Sequence record: PV808484.1
Origin: a phage
DNA: 64,000 nt
Strand: one strand, 5' to 3'
In this document: in pieces, positions 1 to 9,014 of the stretch
Layout of the letters: each line of letters starts with the position of its first letter
Position numbering within the stretch: the first letter of the stretch is position 1
The notes under the pieces: model-generated
What the model was told of the DNA's origin: nothing
What the model saw: only the letters and a program-made list of their open reading frames with translations
The model's database searches: none
Translations under genes and position numbers: made by a program

Positions 1-216
1 CCGCACACTGTTAAAAAATGCAAGTCAAGTTTTATTTTCAGATGACGAGTATTTCAACAAAGACATTACAGGCGTGAAAAATTTAAAAGACGTGAAGGAT
101 GTTATCGGTATCCGTGGATCTTTACGTAAAGGTGACATATACGGTAACAAGGTGCAATATAAACTGTCAAAAGATTATGATTTTACTTTGACAATTATCA
201 ATTAAGGGATCACAAA

Positions 217-375
217 ATGAAAACTTGCCAATGTGGTAAAAAGTCTATCTCTGGTTTAAAACGTGGCGTTGCTCTTTGTCAATATCACTATAACGCTCAA
301 ACGTGGGGTAAGCAGTGGGCGGATCAGATGGAAGAGGCAAAGAAAGAAAATATAAAAGTAGTTGCAAAGAAATAA
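217..375 (+). CDS. small Cys-rich protein (52 aa), possible zinc-binding
   Basis: ATG 217, stop 373-375; CQCG...CQYH spacing; below the 60 aa ORF-track cutoff. Confidence 0.35.
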   Translation: MKTCQCGKKSISGLKRGVALCQYHYNAQTWGKQWADQMEEAKKENIKVVAKK

Positions 376-400
376 AAATAAAGTAAACTGTATTCATCAA

Positions 401-422
401 GGCGGTGGAATAGCCCACCGCC
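401..422 (+). promoter_or_regulatory. GC-rich leader hairpin (GGCGGTGG-loop-CCACCGCC) just upstream of the start codon at 447
   Basis: 8 bp perfect stem read directly; same position as the conserved leader hairpins further downstream. Confidence 0.4.
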
Positions 423-446
423 TAACAAAGAGAAGAGGAAAACATC

Positions 447-617
447 ATGATCACTTTCGCTACCCGTGAAGCCGCTCGCAACGTTGCACGTAAAGTTAAC
501 GCCGCCAACCTGGGCGCTACGTTTAAAGCCCCGGTGAAAGATGAGTCAGGAAAATGGATCTTCCCTGGTCTGCGTCACGCTGATAAGCTGGGAACATTAA
601 CGTTAAAAAATAAATAA
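447..617 (+). CDS. hypothetical protein (56 aa)
   Basis: ATG 447 preceded by AGAAGAGGAA RBS-like purine run; stop 615-617. Confidence 0.35.
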   Translation: MITFATREAARNVARKVNAANLGATFKAPVKDESGKWIFPGLRHADKLGTLTLKNK

Positions 618-624
618 GATCCGC

Positions 625-683
625 TTGACAGTAGCATGATTTATAAGTAAAGTAACAACAACGGCGGGAAATGGTTTCCCGCC
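625..683 (+). promoter_or_regulatory. TTGACA-type promoter plus conserved leader hairpin GGCGGGA-AATGGTT-TCCCGCC (663-683)
   Basis: TTGACA at 625-630; identical 21 nt hairpin recurs at 2973, 4856 and 5715; followed by conserved ATCAATAAAGAGATAAG and ATG 704. Confidence 0.5.
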
Positions 684-703
684 ATCAATAAAGAGATAAG
701 ATT

Positions 704-1063
704 ATGAAATCAGTAAAAGCAATCAAAACTTACATTGTATCGGCTATTTCTTTTGAAGGTACTACAACCGAAAAAGAAAAAATCACCGAACTGATGCGCC
801 GTTTTAATTCTGAATACTGGTATCCCGATAATCAAAAACGTTACAATTATAACGTGATCAAGGCGATAGCCTCATGGTTACAAGGTTTACCGTCAGACAT
901 TAACATCGCCTTTGATTATAACGAGATCGATCACTTGTTAATTGAATGGAAGTACATAAAAGAAACAAGCAAAGAAACAACCGTTACCCGTGAGCGGGAA
1001 AATTATTGGTTATATATTGCAAGCATGATCGTAATCCTGGCAAAACAGCATAACGTGGCGTAA
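704..1063 (+). CDS. hypothetical protein
   Basis: ORF track; start directly after conserved leader. Confidence 0.5.
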   Translation: MKSVKAIKTYIVSAISFEGTTTEKEKITELMRRFNSEYWYPDNQKRYNYNVIKAIASWLQGLPSDINIAFDYNEIDHLLIEWKYIKETSKETTVTRERENYWLYIASMIVILAKQHNVA

Positions 1064-1078
1064 TTAAGAGGAAGAAAC

Positions 1079-1216
1079 ATGAACGCATCACAGCAGATCG
1101 AAAAATTCAACCGCAGCAAGGCGCGTAAAGATTGGAACGAAGAGATCACCAAAAAAGGCGACAAGCGGAACAAAACAAAAAGAGATCGCAGCACAAAAAG
1201 ACACTGGAACGAATAA
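1079..1216 (+). CDS. small basic protein (45 aa)
   Basis: AAGAGG RBS, ATG 1079; Lys/Arg-rich; followed by terminator. Confidence 0.35.
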   Translation: MNASQQIEKFNRSKARKDWNEEITKKGDKRNKTKRDRSTKRHWNE

Positions 1217-1223
1217 CAAAAAA

Positions 1224-1244
1224 GGGCGCAATAAGCGCCCTTTT
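1224..1244 (+). terminator. intrinsic terminator hairpin GGGCGC-AATAA-GCGCCC plus T-run
   Basis: read directly. Confidence 0.6.
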
Positions 1245-1334
1245 AGCTTATATAGAGGCTTGTTACCCATAGGCAATGGTAACGCCAGGGCAAGCCTATA
1301 AACAACGTTAGACGGCTTTACAGGAGCTTTAAAA

Positions 1335-1517
1335 ATGAGATTAGAAGAAATAAGCAAGGCACTAGCCCAGGGGCAAAGGTTATGCGCCAGATATCGTGAT
1401 CAATATGGCTTCATAACTAGCGGCGTGATCCTGGGGATTGAAGGCAATAAGATTTTTATTGACACGTTGAAAAACGTTGTATATAGTGACAATATAATCT
1501 CAATAAAACATATATGA
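1335..1517 (+). CDS. hypothetical protein
   Basis: ORF track. Confidence 0.4.
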   Translation: MRLEEISKALAQGQRLCARYRDQYGFITSGVILGIEGNKIFIDTLKNVVYSDNIISIKHI

Positions 1518-1525
1518 GGCAAGAA

Positions 1526-1927
1526 ATGAAAAACTTATTGATCGCTGGTTTACTCTCTTTTGGTATGGTTGGAACATCTAGCGCGGCGATATCCTCCACA
1601 GTAGCAGAATTAAGCGCCGTTGATGCAATGGAAAACGTCATGCTTATTAATAATGCGATCCCCGATGAAATCATGGAGGATTCACACATGATCGCTTATG
1701 GTGCTGTTACACAACTAACGGCAAAAATAGATAAATCTATTGTTAATGGCTTAAATGAAGATGTACCATGTGAAATTATTACCAGTGTGCTTACTACTCA
1801 AAATTTTACGCCGTGGTTAAAAAGTATTCAAAAAGTACACAGTACAGCCGCAGATCGTAGCAATGAAAAACTAGTGTCAGCACTTGCAACGTATACCCTA
1901 GCAAAATGCACCGAGATAAAAGATTGA
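1526..1927 (+). CDS. hypothetical secreted protein (N-terminal signal-peptide-like segment)
   Basis: start moved to the ATG at 1526 (MKNLLIAGLLSFGMVGTSSAA hydrophobic leader). Confidence 0.45.
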   Translation: MKNLLIAGLLSFGMVGTSSAAISSTVAELSAVDAMENVMLINNAIPDEIMEDSHMIAYGAVTQLTAKIDKSIVNGLNEDVPCEIITSVLTTQNFTPWLKSIQKVHSTAADRSNEKLVSALATYTLAKCTEIKD

Positions 1928-1974
1928 CAACATAGAAAGCACGTTATAAGATACACACAACAAAGGAGAACTAC

Positions 1975-2277
1975 ATGAACGGCATAGCTAAAACGTTTTT
2001 TCTTTTTTCTGGTGTAAATGATCCATCAATAAAAGTCGATAGTGTAAAAGAAAACAATACTATCACCGCTAAATTGTTTCAAGATGAAACAAATAACGTG
2101 CTAATCATTAATCTTAAAGAAATAACTAAAGGTTATTATACTATTGCTTACCATGCAATCTATCATGCTGGTACTAGTGAGGAAGTGCAAACAAGCAACA
2201 ACGAAAGCGCGGCGCTACCTGGTGATCTGGTGCTGGGCGTTATCAGTTTAATTGTCAATGATTTTTTTAAGGAGTAA
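1975..2277 (+). CDS. hypothetical protein
   Basis: ORF track; AAAGGAG RBS. Confidence 0.45.
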   Translation: MNGIAKTFFLFSGVNDPSIKVDSVKENNTITAKLFQDETNNVLIINLKEITKGYYTIAYHAIYHAGTSEEVQTSNNESAALPGDLVLGVISLIVNDFFKE

Positions 2278-2606
2278 AACCATGCCCTATTTACATTTAT
2301 TTTTCGGTATCTTATTGACAGGATCTTTTTTCTTCTGTATGCTTGTTTCTATTGTAAACCACGTTTTAAGACATTAAGGAAACAGCATGAAAATTATTCC
2401 CGTACAATATAGCGTAATAAATCCAGCATACGAGGAAGGAAGGAAAACAAGCATGGCTTTATGTTGTATTGCTACTATAGCCATGTTGTTATGCATTGTG
2501 TTTTAATAGGTTTTATAGTTGTACGCTTTAAAGGCTTGACAATTTTTTGTTATGCTTTAAACTATATCTTGAAAACGGCAAAGGCCGCAAACAAAAGGGT
2601 AAAATT

Positions 2607-2930
2607 ATGAAATCTGTGATCGGTGTTTATTTGGATAACTCTGATTTTTTCTATCATCGCGCTCGTTTCCTTGATGCGATTGAAATGATAGAATCAGGCT
2701 TTAAAGAGTATCGCCTTGCACATGATGACCTGGAAGCATTACAGGGCAATAGTGTTTTTACATTGCAAGCTAAAGCACTATGCAAAAGCCGGATCGACAT
2801 TGCGAGCAAAAAGATAGAACGCGGCATGTCCTGGTTGCGCACCGCAGAAATCAACATGGGGCAATGGTACGGCGAAAACTTAGAAAATAAACATGCTTTT
2901 GTCAATGTAGAAAATATTGAAGATTATTGA
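2607..2930 (+). CDS. hypothetical protein
   Basis: start at internal ATG 2607 after promoter-like TTGACA at 2536. Confidence 0.45.
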   Translation: MKSVIGVYLDNSDFFYHRARFLDAIEMIESGFKEYRLAHDDLEALQGNSVFTLQAKALCKSRIDIASKKIERGMSWLRTAEINMGQWYGENLENKHAFVNVENIEDY

Positions 2931-2993
2931 TTGACAGCACACCTAACGGGTAGTATATTGTATCTCATAGAGCGGGGAAATGGTTTCCCCGCC
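2931..2993 (+). promoter_or_regulatory. promoter TTGACA-17-TATATT plus conserved leader hairpin GCGGGGA-AATGGTT-TCCCCGC (2973-2993)
   Basis: read directly; followed by ATCAATAAAGAGATAAG and ATG 3013. Confidence 0.55.
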
Positions 2994-3012
2994 ATCAATA
3001 AAGAGATAAGCT

Positions 3013-3297
3013 ATGAAGATCACAAAAGCACTTTCCAACTATGCAGCACGTCGCGGATTATGTTTAACCGTTGAAAATTTAGGGAAAGAAGATTTTTTGT
3101 GCTTTTGGGAGCTTGAGAATGATAATGAGTGGATCTTCTCTTATTCTATCTGCGAAGATCAAAACGGTTGTTTATTAACCTGGCGCGGTAATATCTATCT
3201 ACCGGAAGAAATCAAAGAAGAATTACCAGGCACGATCATGACTGAGAAACAGCTTAAGGAAGTGATCAATTTTGTAGGGCAAAACATTAAAAAATAA
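3013..3297 (+). CDS. hypothetical protein
   Basis: ORF track. Confidence 0.5.
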   Translation: MKITKALSNYAARRGLCLTVENLGKEDFLCFWELENDNEWIFSYSICEDQNGCLLTWRGNIYLPEEIKEELPGTIMTEKQLKEVINFVGQNIKK

Positions 3298-3355
3298 TTT
3301 GACAGCAGAAAAACAACGTAGTAAAGTTTATCACATAGGGCGGCAATAGTGCCGC
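3298..3355 (+). promoter_or_regulatory. TTGACA promoter plus leader hairpin GCGGCA-ATAG-TGCCGC
   Basis: read directly; precedes ATG 3379. Confidence 0.45.
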
Positions 3356-3378
3356 TCATAACAGAAGAGAAACAAATC

Positions 3379-3549
3379 ATGATCCCGACTATGTTTTATG
3401 TATCGCGCAAAGGTCACAATATTTTTTGGTCTGAAGATTTAAATGAAGCCATGACGTTTGCCCGTGATCGTGTTGCTATCGGTGGCGTTAACATTACTGT
3501 AACCGATGAAAATGGCATTGAATACTATAACGGCGACGATGAAGAGTAA
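3379..3549 (+). CDS. hypothetical protein (56 aa)
   Basis: internal ATG of ORF 3349..3549, lying after the leader hairpin. Confidence 0.4.
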   Translation: MIPTMFYVSRKGHNIFWSEDLNEAMTFARDRVAIGGVNITVTDENGIEYYNGDDEE

Positions 3550-3556
3550 TTAACAA

Positions 3557-3575
3557 GGCGGGGAGTATTCCCGCC
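3557..3575 (+). promoter_or_regulatory. leader hairpin GGCGGG-GAGTATT-CCCGCC followed by GTCAATAAAGGATAA and ATG 3595
   Basis: read directly; variant of the conserved leader cassette. Confidence 0.45.
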
Positions 3576-3594
3576 GTCAATAAAGGATAATATC

Positions 3595-3732
3595 ATGAAA
3601 ACTTTCAACGCAACAGCATCAACAATTGGTTATATTATCACCGTGCAAGCTATTGATCTAGTAGCTGCAACAAACAAGATTAAAAACATGATCCCTGTAG
3701 GCAGTGATTTTTCCGTTTGGGAAGTAAAATAA
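3595..3732 (+). CDS. hypothetical protein (45 aa)
   Basis: ATG after leader cassette; below ORF-track cutoff. Confidence 0.35.
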   Translation: MKTFNATASTIGYIITVQAIDLVAATNKIKNMIPVGSDFSVWEVK

Positions 3733-3735
3733 ATC

Positions 3736-3797
3736 TTGACAGTGATTTGTTATTTGATAAGATGTACTACGTAGGGCGTGGCAATAAGGCAACGCCC
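3736..3797 (+). promoter_or_regulatory. TTGACA promoter plus leader hairpin GGGCGT...ACGCCC
   Basis: read directly; precedes ATG 3819. Confidence 0.45.
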
Positions 3798-3818
3798 CAC
3801 ATCAGAAAGGGAAAGATT

Positions 3819-4055
3819 ATGACTATAGCAACAGTATTAACCGCCGTTAAAACCGCCGAATCATCCGGCTTGCATGTTGAGATTATAGATCAACCAGGTG
3901 GCGATCTCCTTGTCCAGGTTTACCCGCCGAAAGTAGGGGATGATTATTATTGGTGCTATTCTGATACGTTCGAACAAGTAGACACGAAAGCGATCACGGC
4001 TTTTATTTTAAAAGCTATTGAAGAAAATAACTTTCATTATAACATCAATCAATAA
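3819..4055 (+). CDS. hypothetical protein
   Basis: internal ATG of ORF 3717..4055; the upstream part of that ORF overlaps the promoter. Confidence 0.45.
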   Translation: MTIATVLTAVKTAESSGLHVEIIDQPGGDLLVQVYPPKVGDDYYWCYSDTFEQVDTKAITAFILKAIEENNFHYNINQ

Positions 4056-4097
4056 ACCATAAGCGGGGCAGTAACGCCCACTAATGAGGGTAAAATC

Positions 4098-4202
4098 ATG
4101 TTAGAGAAAATTTTCACGGTTGTAGTAGTGGGCCTGGCGTTATCGGTTGGAGTGGTTGCAACTATGGCTAACATGATTCTATCTTCTCACGGTATTGGAT
4201 AA
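4098..4202 (+). CDS. small hydrophobic protein (34 aa)
   Basis: ATG 4098; predicted single transmembrane helix. Confidence 0.3.
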   Translation: MLEKIFTVVVVGLALSVGVVATMANMILSSHGIG

Positions 4203-4212
4203 GGTGAATCAA

Positions 4213-4428
4213 ATGATCACGAATAAGACAGGTAAAACAGAATTTTTACGCGGCTTGCAAATAGGTAAACCTGAGATCTGGCATTGCACTAAATCCGCGC
4301 ATAATGAAATGAAAGATTTTACCGCTACTTTACAACGTGTTAAAATATCTATCACACAGAAAAAAGCCTTGTTAGTAGTAGAAAACGAGATCCCGCAAAC
4401 TATTATTATTGTCGAGCGTACAGCATGA
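4213..4428 (+). CDS. hypothetical protein
   Basis: ORF track, start at internal ATG 4213. Confidence 0.4.
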   Translation: MITNKTGKTEFLRGLQIGKPEIWHCTKSAHNEMKDFTATLQRVKISITQKKALLVVENEIPQTIIIVERTA

Positions 4429-4811
4429 AAACAGAAATCATTATTGAAATCATCAACGGTTATAAAGAAGCCTTTATTTTTGCTGAATCCGCCAGGGATC
4501 ATGAAGGTAATTTTATTGATAACTTGACTGATTATGATTTTTCAGATCAAGCCCATCAGCGGATCATTCATGACGTAGCGGCTTATTGTGATGCCAATGA
4601 TGCCGCTATCTCTGAGGCAATGAGCGACGGCGCAACAGCCAACCAGATCGGGAATGATTTACATTTTACCCGTAATAGTCACGGCGTAGGCTTTTGGGAT
4701 CGCCCTGAAATATACACTACTAACACCGCCAACCGCTTAACTAATGCAGCTAAATTGATGCCATCGGTGCATGCTTACATTGGTGAAGATAATTTGATTT
4801 ATATTGAATAA
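4425..4811 (+). CDS. hypothetical protein
   Basis: ORF track; ATGA stop-start overlap with upstream gene. Confidence 0.5.
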   Translation: MKTEIIIEIINGYKEAFIFAESARDHEGNFIDNLTDYDFSDQAHQRIIHDVAAYCDANDAAISEAMSDGATANQIGNDLHFTRNSHGVGFWDRPEIYTTNTANRLTNAAKLMPSVHAYIGEDNLIYIE

Positions 4812-4817
4812 AAAGTA

Positions 4818-4876
4818 TTGACACCGATCCCCAATATGGTACTATTTACCACGTAGGCGGGAAATGGTTTCCCGCC
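4818..4876 (+). promoter_or_regulatory. promoter TTGACA-17-TACTAT plus conserved leader hairpin GGCGGGA-AATGGTT-TCCCGCC (4856-4876)
   Basis: read directly. Confidence 0.55.
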
Positions 4877-4899
4877 AGGTAATCAAAAAGGTAAATACT

Positions 4900-5289
4900 A
4901 TGCGCAACCTGGTTTCTGTTTCTAACGTTGAAAAATTTCAATCTTTACAGGGTATCGTTAACAACGTAGCGCCTTTTTTAGTCAACGGCTTGATTGCAAA
5001 GATGAAAAATAAACATCATGCGGCATGGTCTGCTTACTGCTTTGATAATGATGAAAAAGCGGCTGAAATGATGTTAAATATGCTGTTAGACAGTGTAGAA
5101 TCATCTTTACCGGAAAACATCGCAGAAGAGATCACCTATCGTTATAATATGGCGATCACTTACCAGGAGGTTGCGCAATTTAATATGATGGACGATGACG
5201 AACAACAGGATCAGGAAATTTTCTGGGAGTATGCAGATCGTCAATCGGCTTTTGATGAAAAGTTAGCGATGTATTATAACGAATATTAA
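4900..5289 (+). CDS. hypothetical protein
   Basis: start moved to ATG 4900; the ORF-track start at 4864 lies inside the leader hairpin. Confidence 0.45.
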   Translation: MRNLVSVSNVEKFQSLQGIVNNVAPFLVNGLIAKMKNKHHAAWSAYCFDNDEKAAEMMLNMLLDSVESSLPENIAEEITYRYNMAITYQEVAQFNMMDDDEQQDQEIFWEYADRQSAFDEKLAMYYNEY

Positions 5290-5306
5290 TACACGGTAAA
5301 AGAAAG

Positions 5307-5329
5307 GGGCGCACTAAGCGCCCTTTTTT
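5307..5329 (+). terminator. intrinsic terminator GGGCGC-ACTAA-GCGCCC plus T-run
   Basis: read directly. Confidence 0.6.
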
Positions 5330-5675
5330 GTATTCTTTTTTCACAATGGAAGCGACACGTAAAGAATAGGCGTAAAAGGTGGCGTAAAACCATCTAAAAC
5401 CGACTGTAACCGCTTAAACAAGGCAGGGATGATTAATCCCCTTACCAGGATGAAAAAGCTGTTAGAGAGCTATTCATAGCGTTTAAAGCACATAGGAAAT
5501 AATTTGCTTTTTATCTTGCCTTTTATCCTGCTTTTGATTATTATTATGGAACGGGCGGCACCTGGGGACAGGGGAAGATAATCACCGGAAGATCCCGCTA
5601 TATATTGATAGCTAATACCTATTAAACAACAAAACATCAAAGGGATAAACTATCAAATCTTTACAATCCTACCTA

Positions 5676-5735
5676 TTGACACACGATCACCCTTATACTA
5701 ATATGTATCCCGTAGGCGGGAAATGGTTTCCCGCT
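5676..5735 (+). promoter_or_regulatory. TTGACA promoter plus conserved leader hairpin (5715-5735)
   Basis: read directly; precedes ATG 5754. Confidence 0.5.
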
Positions 5736-5753
5736 TGATATAGGAATCATACC

Positions 5754-5984
5754 ATGATCGAACAAATTAAAAGCACTCAAAATGTTAACGGCAATGTGTT
5801 CCACTTTATCGGCAATAAAGGAAAAGGCGTACCCTACGCCGCCGTAACCGTGCAACCTAATGGCGATTATTGGTTTACCGTGTACGGATCATACTCTTTC
5901 GGACGCCCGGCACATGATAAGATCTTGCAAGCGGTTAAACCTGCGGGGAAGAATATTACAGCAGAAAAATTTTATAAAAAATAG
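5754..5984 (+). CDS. hypothetical protein
   Basis: ORF track. Confidence 0.5.
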   Translation: MIEQIKSTQNVNGNVFHFIGNKGKGVPYAAVTVQPNGDYWFTVYGSYSFGRPAHDKILQAVKPAGKNITAEKFYKK

Positions 5985-6059
5985 CTTGCTTTATTTCTTC
6001 TGTTAACTTATAGTTATCGCGTAGGGCAAACAATTTTAAACGGTAGACGAGGAATCACC

Positions 6060-6443
6060 ATGAGCAATATCATCAACCTGGCAGCGACTGTAAACGGTAA
6101 AGACTTTAACGGCGCTGTAGACCGTGATCCTATGTGGTGCTTATCAGTGTTTAAAGGCGATCTGGTTGAAGTTAGAACAACCGAAGGGTATAGCGATGAT
6201 TATAAATGCGAGATCCATTTACATAACTGGTACACGGGGAAAACTTATGCGCTGAATCACGCGTTTATCGGGAAAATTGAATATCGCGAGATGATCGACG
6301 ATGAAACGGGGCAAGATTTTAGTGATTATGTTTATATTCGTTCAGAAACATTAGCCGAACGTTTGATCGAGAAAATGAAAGCAAAAAATAAAATTAATTT
6401 AGCTCATTGGCTTGATATAACAAATGATCCGGCTTACAAGTAA
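6060..6443 (+). CDS. hypothetical protein
   Basis: ORF track; GAGGAA RBS. Confidence 0.5.
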   Translation: MSNIINLAATVNGKDFNGAVDRDPMWCLSVFKGDLVEVRTTEGYSDDYKCEIHLHNWYTGKTYALNHAFIGKIEYREMIDDETGQDFSDYVYIRSETLAERLIEKMKAKNKINLAHWLDITNDPAYK

Positions 6444-6459
6444 ATAACATTTCATACCA

Positions 6460-6485
6460 GGGCGCACAAAGCGCCCTTTCTTTTT
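6460..6485 (+). terminator. intrinsic terminator GGGCGC-ACAAA-GCGCCC plus T-run
   Basis: read directly. Confidence 0.6.
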
Positions 6486-6742
6486 ACCTAAATAAAGATG
6501 ATAGCTTTTACCTATCAAAAACATTCACCGAAAAAAGTGAATAGATCGCGGTATCGAGCTAATCAAGGAGCAGATGAACAACCATACCATGAAGATCATA
6601 AGGCGCTTACAACGTGTTTTAAACCGCTTATTTTTAATTTCTCCATGTAACTATCTGGCAAAAACAGCCTTTTTCGTGTCTTTCCTCTTAAGTGATAATC
6701 ATTCTTATTTATAGCTGATTATTTATGCAATAAACTGCATAA

Positions 6743-6762
6743 TGCAATAATGATAATCATTC
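6743..6762. repeat. Fur-box-like iteron (AATGCAATAATGATAATCATT)
   Basis: shares the ATGATAATCATT core with the copies at 7629 and 7817; a shorter copy lies at 6694-6704. Confidence 0.45.
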
Positions 6763-7176
6763 TTAACTTATGACCATCTAACCTATAAAATAATAAGTTA
6801 TCTAACTAAATTAAAGCTAATTATTTCACCTTTATTTATAACTTACTGTTACTATCTCATTGATAACCTTATATTAAACAACAATAACTAATATAAATCA
6901 TTACTAAGCTAAATATAATCTATCTAACCTTTAAAACTATAACTATAATCTATCGAATTGTTGCACAAAGTAACTATTAAATTGTTAGTAACATTACTAA
7001 ATAATTCATATCCTATCTATTTATGATCTAATCTTTACTTTCCTATCTATTACCTAAATAATCCTATCATACAGTTACCATTTCATGTAATAATCATTTC
7101 ATACAATAACTATAACAAGAAATATAATTCGCAAGCGTATCATTAGCAGCCTATGCCGGACACATAGGCGGCTAAT

Positions 7177-7312
7177 AATAACGCAACTACACACCCCACA
7201 TAATAACCATCACCGATAGTTATTATTTGTGCTTATGTAGCTTGCAACAATTGCAAGCGCAACAATATACATGGTATATTGTATCCCTTACATTGTTGCG
7301 GTGCGTTATTAT
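7177..7312. repeat. long-range inverted repeat (GCTAATAATAACGCAAC / GTTGCGGTGCGTTATTATTAGC) enclosing palindromes
   Basis: read directly; inner palindromes GCCTATG-N7-CATAGGC and GCTTGCAA-CAA-TTGCAAGC. Confidence 0.4.
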
Positions 7313-7628
7313 TAGCTAATGTTTGGAACATTGGCTATAATATAAGCTAAATAATAAGCTATTCAATAATAAACATAATGAATAATGACACTGATGATCA
7401 TAATGCGCCACCTTCCAGGGGGCGCTATGTGAACACAAAGAAATCTTTCTTGTCAAGAAAAATATTAACACTATTGCGCAAAATTATTTATGTCTGAATA
7501 GATGATTTTTCATACTATTGTTATTATTTATCGGCCCTAACTATTGCCTATTTGTTGAGCCTACTTTCTTAAAAGCGCAATAAATCAGAATTATCTTGAT
7601 TTTTAGGGTGTTTTATAGTATAGAAAAT

Positions 7629-7649
7629 ATGCAAATGATAATCATTATC
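7629..7649. repeat. Fur-box-like iteron GCAAATGATAATCATTATC
   Basis: about 17 of 19 positions match the enterobacterial Fur box consensus GATAATGATAATCATTATC. Confidence 0.45.
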
Positions 7650-7816
7650 AGCTATCTTCCACGGGTGGCACTATTTCACGCAGGATCATTTCATTTGGCA
7701 AGGTGTATATAGATGTTTAGACTTGCCAAGCCATTGATTTACTTAGAATTTATCTGTTTTGTTGTGAGTAGTACCTTTCTTGCTCAGAAAATAATCAAAA
7801 GTCTTATAAGTCATTG

Positions 7817-7845
7817 AATGATAATGCAAATGATAATTATTCTCA
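7817..7845. repeat. Fur-box-like iteron pair GAATGATAATGCAAATGATAATTATTCTC
   Basis: read directly. Confidence 0.45.
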
Positions 7846-8206
7846 TTGATATTTGAGGGGGACGGTCGGCAGAAATCGGGGGGCGCTGAAAATCGCGTTA
7901 AGCACCTCTCGCAAGCGAGCAGTATTTTGCGGCAAGTTATTGATATTATTGGCTTTACGCTTATGGAAAGGGGGTGTGTCGAAATAAATCGGGTATACCG
8001 GAAAATTTTTGTGGCATAGATATTTATTTGTCTATATTATGTACAAAGGGGTGTGTTAAAAATATTAGGTATATATAGAATAATTGATAGGGAAATCCTA
8101 TACTAATTCCTCCATTAATGATGTTTCTATGTTGCTGTTCTTGTAACAGATGAAAAGACGCTGTATGATGTGTAGCATGAAACGTAAATTTATAAAGGAG
8201 TCTGAT

Positions 8207-8575
8207 ATGTGTGTTCCTCTTAGCAGTCCTCTGCTGTTAGAATTTTACAAAGCATGGATGGAAGATCATTCCTCAATGCATCGTGAGAATGTTGGTTTGT
8301 GTAATTGCCTTATGGATTACCTGGCAACCACTATGTCAAAGAAAAAGCCTACGGAAGAAGATATAGAATATTTCAAGATGGTTCGTAGCAAAACGCTGAA
8401 AGAGATGAAACTGCAATTCACGTGTGCTGGGCTATCCTCCTTCCTACCCTTTAATTATGATCTTCTATGTTATGAAGATGAAGGTAAGACACATTCTTGC
8501 CATACCAACCCAAAGAGATTGCAGTGGGTGAAAGATCGTATTGCCGATTCATGTTTGGTGTTAGGGGGGTGGTAA
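8207..8575 (+). CDS. hypothetical protein, paralog family A member 1 (Cys/His-rich)
   Basis: AAGGAG RBS; shared motifs FYKAW, GLCxCL, FTCAGL, LPFN, CHTN, LQWVKDRI with three other genes. Confidence 0.5.
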   Translation: MCVPLSSPLLLEFYKAWMEDHSSMHRENVGLCNCLMDYLATTMSKKKPTEEDIEYFKMVRSKTLKEMKLQFTCAGLSSFLPFNYDLLCYEDEGKTHSCHTNPKRLQWVKDRIADSCLVLGGW

Positions 8576-8943
8576 TGAAAAGTAATATTCCGTTGAGTAG
8601 TGCAGCTTTAATACGATTCTATAAAGCATGGATTGCCAACCATCCGGCAATGAATCGCACAACGAGTGGCTTGTGTGGTTGTCTGGTAGATTATGTAGAT
8701 GATTTTGTTGGCGAGGTAACTAGAGAAGAAGATAAAAGATGGCGTGATCGTTTGTTGGATAGTTTGAAATACGAAATGAGGAAACAATTTACATGTGCAG
8801 GACTGGACTACAATCTTCCGTTCAATGTAGATTGCATGGATTACCTTTCAGAGTGTATAGACTTGGCGTGTCATACCAACACGTTACGTCTTCAATGGGT
8901 GAAAGACAGAATCGAAGATGCAAATAATGCTTGCATTGAATAG
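8575..8943 (+). CDS. hypothetical protein, paralog family A member 2
   Basis: ATGA overlap start; same motif set as 8207..8575. Confidence 0.5.
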   Translation: MKSNIPLSSAALIRFYKAWIANHPAMNRTTSGLCGCLVDYVDDFVGEVTREEDKRWRDRLLDSLKYEMRKQFTCAGLDYNLPFNVDCMDYLSECIDLACHTNTLRLQWVKDRIEDANNACIE

Positions 8944-9014
8944 AAATGTCTGTACACTGTGTTCCATAAGATATGCAATATCGCGCATAACAAAACTACT
9001 AATGAGAGGTGTAA

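Noticed and set aside
3717-4864. Long N-terminal extensions of ORF-track entries (for example 3717..4055, 4864..5289, 3349..3549, 14112..14555)
   Set aside because: The extended starts run through promoter or leader-hairpin sequence; downstream ATGs directly after the conserved leader cassette are preferred.
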